NCBI GenBank assembly: GCA_964413865.1
Contig: CAYPUR010000001.1
Span: 44,730 to 91,235, forward strand
DNA: 46,506 nt
From: an uncultured Verrucomicrobiota bacterium
GTDB lineage: Bacteria; Verrucomicrobiota; Verrucomicrobiia; Limisphaerales; J093
Direction: 5' to 3'
Position numbers and translations under genes: made by a program. Positions 8,411-14,885 of the stretch are shown here, piece by piece (the first letter of the stretch is position 1; the number at the start of each line of letters is the position of its first letter). The notes under the pieces were generated by a model, which saw only the letters and a program-made list of their open reading frames with translations, was not told the DNA's origin and did no database searches.

Positions 8411-10552
8411 ATGAAAACAACCGAACAGGATCCGCCTCGGACATCCGTCGGCGAGGGCGCTGACGCGCGCAAGCGAGGCCCATGCGCTCCCCGGAATCAG
8501 CCGGCGCGGTTCGTGTCCGAGGCAGCGGCAGCAAGCCCGGCTCCCGCAACCGACGCAGTTGACACGGCGGGAGAACGCCCGCTCGGTCTGCCCACGCCCC
8601 AGGAAATCCGGGAGCGCGTGGTAGAGGTCATGCGGCAGGAGTATCCGCCAGCCGAAGCGGGTGGGGACGCCGTGGCCAATCGGACAGTCCAACAGCCGGC
8701 GGCCACCCACGCCAACGCCTCGCCCCCAACTCACCACTCCGCGCGATCGGTGGAGGGGACGGCGGCCGACGTGATCCCCGCCCGCATGCTCAACGAGTTT
8801 GTCTATTGCCCGCGGCTGTTCTACTACGAGTTTGTCGAAGGCGTGTTTGTGGAGAATGCGGACACGCTGCGCGGCAAGGGACTGCATCGGCGGGTGGACA
8901 CAGGCAACGGCGCCCTGCCGCCGGCGGCCGCAGTGGCCGACACCGGCGAACCATCAACCATCAACCACGAACCATCAACCGACGACGTCATTCATTCCCG
9001 TTCGGTGCAGATGGGCTCGGCCCGCCTGGGCGCCACGGCGAAGATGGACCTGATCGAGGCCCGCACGGGCGGTGACGACCTCTTCCGCGCGCTCGAAGTG
9101 TGCCCGGTCGACTACAAGGCGGGAGCGCCCAGGGAAGGAGACGATGGCAACGAACTGTGGGATGCCGACAAGATGCAGCTTGGGGTGCAGGCGCTGATCC
9201 TCCGCGACAACGGCTACACCTGTTCCGAGGGCGTCATCTATTACCGCGCCACCAAGCAGCGGGTGCGGCTGCCGGTCACGCCGGAGCTCGAGGCGTGGGT
9301 GAGAGACAACATCGCCCGGGCCCGCACGGTCGCTGCCGGCGCCATGCCGCCCCCTCTGGCCAATTCGCCCAAGTGCCCGCGCTGTTCGCTGGTCACGGTC
9401 TGCCTGCCCGATGAGACGCGGTTCCTTAAGACCGCGGCGGGGGCGGAGACCGCGGAGGACGTCCGCAGGCCAACCCCGCCGCCCTGTCCTACGCCGCGTC
9501 GGCTGATTGCGGCGCGGGACGACAGCCGCTCGCTCTACCTGAACACGCCGGGTCTGCGGGTGGGGCGGAAAGGCGAAGTGCTGCAAGTCAAGGAAGAGCG
9601 GGCCCTGCTCGACGAGGTGCGGCTGAAAGACGTTTCGCACGTGGCGCTGTTCGGAAACATCCAGATCTCGACGCAGGCCGTGCAGGCCCTCTGCGAGGCG
9701 GAGATCCCGGTCACGTACTTCTCGATGGGCGGCTGGTTCTACGGCATCACCCGCGGGCACGAGCTGAAGAACGTCTTCCTGCGCATCGAGCAGTTCCGTC
9801 GGGTCCGCGACGACGCCTTCGCGCTCGAACTGAGCCGGCAGTTCGTCCACGGCAAGATCCGCAATCACCGCACCATGCTCATGCGGAATCACCTCGAACC
9901 GCCGCCCGGCGTGATCACCCAACTCAAGCACCTCGCGGACAAGGCGCTGACGGCCACCAGCCGTGAGGAACTCCTCGGCCTCGAAGGCGCCGCCGCCGCC
10001 GCGTACTTTGCCGAGTTCAACGGGATGCTCAAAACCGCCGATGAACTGGCCGACGCGCCTGATCCCTGGGATGGTCAGTTGAGGTTCAACTTCGAGCATC
10101 GAAACCGGCGTCCGCCGACCGATCCCGTCAACGCGCTGCTGTCGCTCGGTTACAGTCTCCTGGCAAAGGACTGCACCGTCGCGGCTCTGGCAGTGGGGTT
10201 CGATCCGTACGTCGGTTTCTACCACCAACCGCGTTTTGGCCGTCCCGCCCTGGCCCTGGACGTCATGGAAGAGTTTCGTCCGCTGGTGGCCGAGTCCGTC
10301 GCCCTGGCCTGCATCAACAACCGCATCCTGAGTGTGAAGGACTTCGTCCGGGCCGGCGACGCGGTGAATCTCACCGCTGCCGGACGCAAACGCTACTTCC
10401 AGGCCTACGAACAGCGCCTGACCGCCCTGCTCACCCACCCGCTGTTCGACTACAAAGTCAGCTACCGCCGCGCCCTCGAACTCCAGATGCGCCTCCTGGC
10501 CAAAACCCTCACCGGCGAAATCGCCGAGTACGTGCCCTTGATGACCCGGTGA
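8411..10552 (+). CDS. cas1: CRISPR-associated Cas4-Cas1 fusion protein (type I-G/I-U style)
   Basis: The Cas4 part has MLNEFVYCPRLFYYEF, the RecB-like DLIE/VDYK motifs and the Cys cluster KCPRCSLVTVC. The Cas1 part has YLNTPGLRVGRKGEVLQV, LFGNIQISTQAVQAL, NALLSLGYSLL and GFYHQPRFGRPALALDVMEEFRP. The start is uncertain (ORF opens at 8318; ATGs at 8411 and 8630). Confidence 0.9.
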   Translation: MKTTEQDPPRTSVGEGADARKRGPCAPRNQPARFVSEAAAASPAPATDAVDTAGERPLGLPTPQEIRERVVEVMRQEYPPAEAGGDAVANRTVQQPAATHANASPPTHHSARSVEGTAADVIPARMLNEFVYCPRLFYYEFVEGVFVENADTLRGKGLHRRVDTGNGALPPAAAVADTGEPSTINHEPSTDDVIHSRSVQMGSARLGATAKMDLIEARTGGDDLFRALEVCPVDYKAGAPREGDDGNELWDADKMQLGVQALILRDNGYTCSEGVIYYRATKQRVRLPVTPELEAWVRDNIARARTVAAGAMPPPLANSPKCPRCSLVTVCLPDETRFLKTAAGAETAEDVRRPTPPPCPTPRRLIAARDDSRSLYLNTPGLRVGRKGEVLQVKEERALLDEVRLKDVSHVALFGNIQISTQAVQALCEAEIPVTYFSMGGWFYGITRGHELKNVFLRIEQFRRVRDDAFALELSRQFVHGKIRNHRTMLMRNHLEPPPGVITQLKHLADKALTATSREELLGLEGAAAAAYFAEFNGMLKTADELADAPDPWDGQLRFNFEHRNRRPPTDPVNALLSLGYSLLAKDCTVAALAVGFDPYVGFYHQPRFGRPALALDVMEEFRPLVAESVALACINNRILSVKDFVRAGDAVNLTAAGRKRYFQAYEQRLTALLTHPLFDYKVSYRRALELQMRLLAKTLTGEIAEYVPLMTR

Positions 10553-10749
10553 ACCACGGCGTAGACTCGCGCGCGATCAAGCCTATGGAAACACAACCGT
10601 GAAGCGCGCCTGGCTCGAACCGTTCACCTGGCCGGTCTACGTGCCGTGAGCACCAAGCGCCTCCTGCAGCAGGTCCGCCGCAATCCCATGCGTTTCCCGC
10701 CTCACTATTGCTTCCATTGCTTCCAGTTCTCCGCCGGGGAGTTCGCCGC

Positions 10750-10776
10750 TTTGAGGTCGCACATTGCGACCTCAAA
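10750..10776. promoter_or_regulatory. Perfect 12-bp inverted repeat with a 3-nt loop (TTTGAGGTCGCA-CAT-TGCGACCTCAAA)
   Basis: Read directly. It lies 198 nt after the cas4-cas1 stop and 128 nt before the mini-array. It could be a terminator hairpin or a protein operator. No T-tract follows it. Confidence 0.5.
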
Positions 10777-10904
10777 CCCTGGCCCGGGCGGACGGCGCTG
10801 CGCTCCCCGGGCCTTCACGGCACCCGGCACCCTGATGGCCGCCACCAAAAAGTTACGACCCTACCCCCGTATTTGTCCCACCCCCTGTGCCAGAATTGCC
10901 GCCA

Positions 10905-11016
10905 CATGAAACGAGCCGAAGCGTGGTCGAAAGGCGCCGCTCCAGAAGTTGTCTCGGATGAGACAATCTCCGATACCATGAAACGAGCCGAAGCGTGGTC
11001 GAAAGGCGCCGCTCCA
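10905..11016. CRISPR. Mini-CRISPR array: two identical 40-nt direct repeats flanking one 32-nt spacer
   Basis: CATGAAACGAGCCGAAGCGTGGTCGAAAGGCGCCGCTCCA occurs at 10905-10944 and 10977-11016, a 72-nt period. The spacer is GAAGTTGTCTCGGATGAGACAATCTCCGATAC (10945-10976). It sits inside the cas locus, 83 nt upstream of the csb1 start. With only two copies, repeat/spacer boundaries may be off by a few nt. Transcription orientation is undetermined. Confidence 0.6.
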
Positions 11017-11099
11017 CCGCGCGGGAGTGTGGGTCTTGGAGACTCACCTCGACACCCGGTTGGCGGCCGCTGCGGTGCCGAACACCCAAGGAACGAACT

Positions 11100-12389
11100 A
11101 TGACCAAGCCTGAAACCCTGACTCTGCAAGTCCTTCAACAAGCCGTGGCCGGAACAGCCGCCGCCTTTCGCTGCCGTCGCCGTCTCCAGCCTGGTGGCGG
11201 CGAGGGCGACAAGGTCTTTCCACCCACCTTCGCCGGTGCTGTCTATGCCGTAGAGCAACGACGCGTGCCCGGCCGACCCGACCCCGTGACGTGCGTCGTG
11301 CTCGACACCGTCCAATCCCAGGCCAACCGCATGGAACTGGCCTTGCAAGAGGCGGTGAACGCCGGCCGACTCCAGCTTCCGCTCATCGAGGTGGACTTCA
11401 GCCCGTGGTCGCCGACGGGCGACAAGGAAGCCGGCGACCAAGCCGGGAAACTCATCGAGAGGATTGGCAGAATCACCAGCCTCCAGGTCCCGCACCGCCT
11501 GGCTGACGCCATCCTGCGCGACAGTGAGGTGGACGGCCAACCGTTTCGCAAGTCACCCGCAGCGAAAAGCCTGAACGAAGTCAGCCCGCTTAATGCCACG
11601 CCCCTGTACAAGCTGTGTCCCACCTCTTTGACCTTCGGCATGTGGGACTCCACCGGCCCCAAAGGTGGCCTCGGCGCCAAGTTCGAGCGGGCCGTGGTCT
11701 CGGAGGTGGTGGGCGTAGGCACCGCTGTCGGTGACCTGCTGCGCGGCGTGCGCCGGGACCCGCTGGAAATCCGGGCTGCGGTCAAGGTCCTCAAGGCTGC
11801 GGATAAGAGCTGGAGCGTCGCCGACCCGAGGGCCAAAGGGGCGGTGCCCCCGTCCAAAGTCAACCACAGCAGCGTTCCGTTCCCAGAGCAACGAACCGAG
11901 AAGACCGACGAAAACCACTACGCTGGTGTTACCCTCGAATACGCCGAGCAGATCACCACGCTCTCGCTCATCGTCCTGCGACGGCTCCGCTTTCCACTCG
12001 AACGTAAGGAAGACGAGAAAGACGAGGAGTATTGCAGACGTTGCACGGAAGCCGATGGCGCCGCCCGCACAGTCTTGGCCGCTCTCGGTCTGTGCGCGGC
12101 CACGCTGGCCTTCGAAAACGGCATGGGCCTGCGCTCGCGCTGTCTGCTCTGGCCCGACGGGCCGATGACCTGGGAGCTGCTCGCCAAGCCTGGCGAAGCG
12201 CCGCAGCCCTATTCCCTCACCGCGGATGAAGCCGTGGCCATCCTCACCGACGCCGCCGAGAAGGCAGCCGCTACCGGTCTGGCCTGGGCGACCGCCCCCC
12301 TGCGTTTGCAGCCCCAGCCCAAGCTCGTGGAGTTGGTGCGCCTCAGCCAGGTCGAAGCCACCAAGGAAGCCGGCGAAGGAGCCGACTGA
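11100..12389 (+). CDS. csb1: Type I-G/I-U CRISPR-associated RAMP protein Csb1 (Cas7u/Cas7g)
   Basis: Starts MTKPETLTLQVL at ATG 11100 with AAGGAA upstream. Family-typical motifs: GDKVFPPTFAG, VLDTVQSQANRME, LQVPHRLADAILRDS and CPTSLTFGMWDSTG. Confidence 0.9.
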   Translation: MTKPETLTLQVLQQAVAGTAAAFRCRRRLQPGGGEGDKVFPPTFAGAVYAVEQRRVPGRPDPVTCVVLDTVQSQANRMELALQEAVNAGRLQLPLIEVDFSPWSPTGDKEAGDQAGKLIERIGRITSLQVPHRLADAILRDSEVDGQPFRKSPAAKSLNEVSPLNATPLYKLCPTSLTFGMWDSTGPKGGLGAKFERAVVSEVVGVGTAVGDLLRGVRRDPLEIRAAVKVLKAADKSWSVADPRAKGAVPPSKVNHSSVPFPEQRTEKTDENHYAGVTLEYAEQITTLSLIVLRRLRFPLERKEDEKDEEYCRRCTEADGAARTVLAALGLCAATLAFENGMGLRSRCLLWPDGPMTWELLAKPGEAPQPYSLTADEAVAILTDAAEKAAATGLAWATAPLRLQPQPKLVELVRLSQVEATKEAGEGAD

Positions 12390-12390
12390 C

Positions 12391-13875
12391 ATGCTCACCC
12401 TCGGCATCCGCTATCTCAACGGCTTTGTGGTTGCCTCTCACGGCCGGCATGAGCTGCTCGAGTGGCCGCCGCATCCGGGCCGCTTCTTCATGGCCCTGGT
12501 GGCCGCCCACTACGAAACCGGCGCGGACCCAGCCGAGCGTGAGGCGCTGCTCTGGCTGGAGCGCCTGCCCGAGCCGCCCGAGGTTCACGCGCCGGAGGCC
12601 TGTCCGCGCACCACCGTCACCCAATACGTGCCGGTGAATGACAAGACGGGGCCTTCCACCGCGCCGATGCACTCGTTGCCTCTCACCCGAGACCGCAAGG
12701 ACCGCACTTTCGCCCGCGCCTGGCTGACCGGCGACACCGCCTTTGTGCACTGGCCGCAGGCCGACCCACCACCGGGCATCCGCGCTGCCTTGGAAGCTCT
12801 CTGCGCTAAGACTACGCGCATCGGACATTCGTCCTCCCTGGTCCAGGTGTGGCTGGCGGACCAGCCGTCGGCCTCCCTGCCTCGGTGGGTGCCCGATTCC
12901 GCTCGCGCCACCATCCCGATGCGCGTACCTGTGCCCGGCACCTTGCGGGCGCTGGACGAGGACTTCCAGCAGCGCCACGAGCGGGCACGTGATCCGCGCG
13001 ACCAATCCAAATCCCGCTCCCCGGTCGCGGGCAAACGCCCCTTGGCCGAGCACGGCTACGCGCTCGCGGCCGAGGCCGCAGCTCCCGCTTCGGCCCCTGG
13101 CACGGTCTTCAGCCCGCATTTGCTCCTGTTCGATCTGGAGCGACTAGACGGGCCGTATCGGCACCTCGACGTGGCTTGCACCCTTGCCCTCACCGCACGT
13201 TGGCGCGAAGCCCTCACCAGCCACGCCAACGACCTCTCTGCGGAGGCCCAGCAGGTCATCTGCGGCCACACGCCCGACCACCTGCATTTGGAACGACCGC
13301 ACCTGGCCTTCCTGCCACTGGCGGTCGTGGGGCACCCGCACGCTGACGGTCACCTGCTGGGCGCGGCGCTCGCTTTGCCCGAAGCCATGCCCGCCTCCCT
13401 CCGGCAGGAGGTTCTCCGGGCCGCTGGCCGCGCCCGAGAGCTTGTGCTCGGCCGGCTCGGCAAATGGGCGTTGGGACCCGTCACCATGCCGCGCCCGCCC
13501 TTAGCCTTGCGCCCCGACACTTGGACGGCGTACCCGGCAGGTGCCACCCATTGGGCCACCGTCACGCCCGTGGCCTTTGATCAGCATCCCAAGGCCAAAG
13601 ATAAAGCCGCCTATCAGCAGGAAGCCGCCGAGTTGATTGCCGCCGCCTGCGGGCGCATTGGCCTGCCACACCCGCGCGAGGTGATCCTCACGCCCGTGTC
13701 CGCCCATCTGGGCGCGCCGCCGGCACACGCCTACCCGCGCCTGCGCCGCAAGGACGGCACCGAACGGCGGCACACCCACGCCATCCTGGCGTTTGCCGAG
13801 CCGGTGCGCGGACCGCTTCTGCTGGGCGCGGGGCGGTATCGGGGCTATGGAGTTTTCAGGCCGATGATCGCTTGA
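12391..13875 (+). CDS. csb2: Type I-G/I-U CRISPR-associated protein Csb2 (Cas5/Cas6-like fusion)
   Basis: The ATG at 12391 is 1 nt after the csb1 stop. N-terminus MLTLGIRYLNGFVVAS...WPPHPGRFFMALVAA. C-terminal glycine-rich RAMP loop FAEPVRGPLLLGAGRYRGYGVFRP. Confidence 0.9.
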   Translation: MLTLGIRYLNGFVVASHGRHELLEWPPHPGRFFMALVAAHYETGADPAEREALLWLERLPEPPEVHAPEACPRTTVTQYVPVNDKTGPSTAPMHSLPLTRDRKDRTFARAWLTGDTAFVHWPQADPPPGIRAALEALCAKTTRIGHSSSLVQVWLADQPSASLPRWVPDSARATIPMRVPVPGTLRALDEDFQQRHERARDPRDQSKSRSPVAGKRPLAEHGYALAAEAAAPASAPGTVFSPHLLLFDLERLDGPYRHLDVACTLALTARWREALTSHANDLSAEAQQVICGHTPDHLHLERPHLAFLPLAVVGHPHADGHLLGAALALPEAMPASLRQEVLRAAGRARELVLGRLGKWALGPVTMPRPPLALRPDTWTAYPAGATHWATVTPVAFDQHPKAKDKAAYQQEAAELIAAACGRIGLPHPREVILTPVSAHLGAPPAHAYPRLRRKDGTERRHTHAILAFAEPVRGPLLLGAGRYRGYGVFRPMIA

Positions 13876-13921
13876 TCCGCTGACTCGCTGCCGCTTGCCG
13901 ACGCGCTCTATCTTCACCGCC

Positions 13922-14872
13922 ATGAACACCTCCATGGACCCGAAGCTCCACCACCAAGCCGTGCAGCGCGCCCTCGCCCTGGGCCGGGGCACCGATCCCA
14001 CCGCCCTCCCGGAACTCGCGCGGCTCATCACCTTTCCCTCCGCGGAAATCCGCCGCTTGGCCGCTTCAGCCATTGGCAAACTCGCCTCCTTCGGCGCTGA
14101 GCCGGTCGCTGCCGTCCAGGCCCTGGCTCCCGTGGCGCTGCGCGATCCGCACCCCCAGGCCCAGCAATACGCGCTGAAGGCCCTTAAGCTCTATGGCGCG
14201 GACGCCCGCCACCATCTCCACGATCTCGACGACTTGGCCGTCAACGAGCGCGCCAAAGATTACATCCGCCGCGCCGCCGATTCCGCAGCCCAAGCGATCC
14301 GAGACGCTCTCCGCCTCGAACAGGAGCACGCCCAGCATAAGTGCGTCCGCTGCGGTCGCGAAGTCACGCCCGACGAACACACCCGCAGCCAGCAAGCCTT
14401 CCAACGCACCTTCTGCGACGCCTGCTTCGACCAGGTCTTCCTCGACCGCCGCAACTTCGACACCAAGGTCGAGCTGCAAAAAACCATCCTCGCCCAAGCC
14501 GGCACCCTGGTGCAGTCCGACGGCGAACGGCTCATTGCCGACTGGCTCGCCGCCCACCACATCGCTTACCGGTACGACGAGCGCTTCCGGATCCTCAGCG
14601 GCCACGCCATCCGCCCCGATTTCTACCTGCCCGAGCTCGACCTCTATATCGAATACTGGGGCCTGGACACCGCTGACTACCAGATCGGCATGCTCAAGAA
14701 ACAGCAACTCTATCAGCAGGAAGGCAAACGTCTCATTTCGCTCCGTCCCGCCGACAAGCCGCGTCTCGATGCAGTGCTCCGCTCCAAACTCGCTCTTTTC
14801 GGCTACCATGTCCCGCCCGCCACACCATCCGGCTTTCGCAAGCCGCCCCCACCGGGCGTCGGCGAGCCCTAG
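13922..14872 (+). CDS. Uncharacterised cas-embedded protein: HEAT-like repeats + CxxC...CxxC zinc ribbon + PD-(D/E)XK-like nuclease domain
   Basis: 316 aa from ATG 13922 (an alternative TTG lies at 13895). HEAT-like helices: SAEIRRLAASAIGKLASFG, DPHPQAQQYALKALKLYG. Zinc ribbon: CVRCGREV...FCDACF. C-terminus: GERLIADWLAAHHIAYRYDERF...IRPDFYLPELDLYIEYWG...KKQ. It is same-strand and tightly spaced between csb2 (46-nt gap) and cas3 (13-nt gap). Confidence 0.7.
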   Translation: MNTSMDPKLHHQAVQRALALGRGTDPTALPELARLITFPSAEIRRLAASAIGKLASFGAEPVAAVQALAPVALRDPHPQAQQYALKALKLYGADARHHLHDLDDLAVNERAKDYIRRAADSAAQAIRDALRLEQEHAQHKCVRCGREVTPDEHTRSQQAFQRTFCDACFDQVFLDRRNFDTKVELQKTILAQAGTLVQSDGERLIADWLAAHHIAYRYDERFRILSGHAIRPDFYLPELDLYIEYWGLDTADYQIGMLKKQQLYQQEGKRLISLRPADKPRLDAVLRSKLALFGYHVPPATPSGFRKPPPPGVGEP

Positions 14873-14885
14873 CGAGTCAGCCCTC

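Noticed and set aside
8975-10438. A 487-aa minus-strand ORF across cas4-cas1. Similar shadows occur at 10815..11540, 11553..12407, 12343..13119, 14066..15343, 15729..16709, 16013..17449, 16181..17098, 16824..17705 and 18296..20005.
   Set aside because: All lie antisense to, or out of frame with, strongly motif-supported cas genes. Their compositions are the Gly/Arg/Pro/Ala-rich mirror of GC3-biased coding sequence.
11017-11099. I looked for a third, degenerate CRISPR repeat after repeat 2, and likewise before repeat 1 (10833-10904).
   Set aside because: Sequence at the expected 72-nt phase shows no meaningful similarity to the 40-mer, so the array really has only two repeats in this window.
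10646-11103. ORFs 10646..10909 and 10708..11103 spanning the cas1-csb1 gap. They show a repeated peptide, MKRAEAWSKGAAP.
   Set aside because: The repeated peptide is just the translation of the two CRISPR-like repeats. The ORFs have no motifs and overlap the palindrome and repeats.
14193-14885. Upstream extension of the cas3 ORF (the track start is at 14193).
   Set aside because: The extension is Ser/Thr/Pro-rich nonsense overlapping the HEAT/nuclease gene in another frame. The Cas3-like sequence begins at MLPDFSTFF (ATG 14886), 13 nt after the upstream stop.
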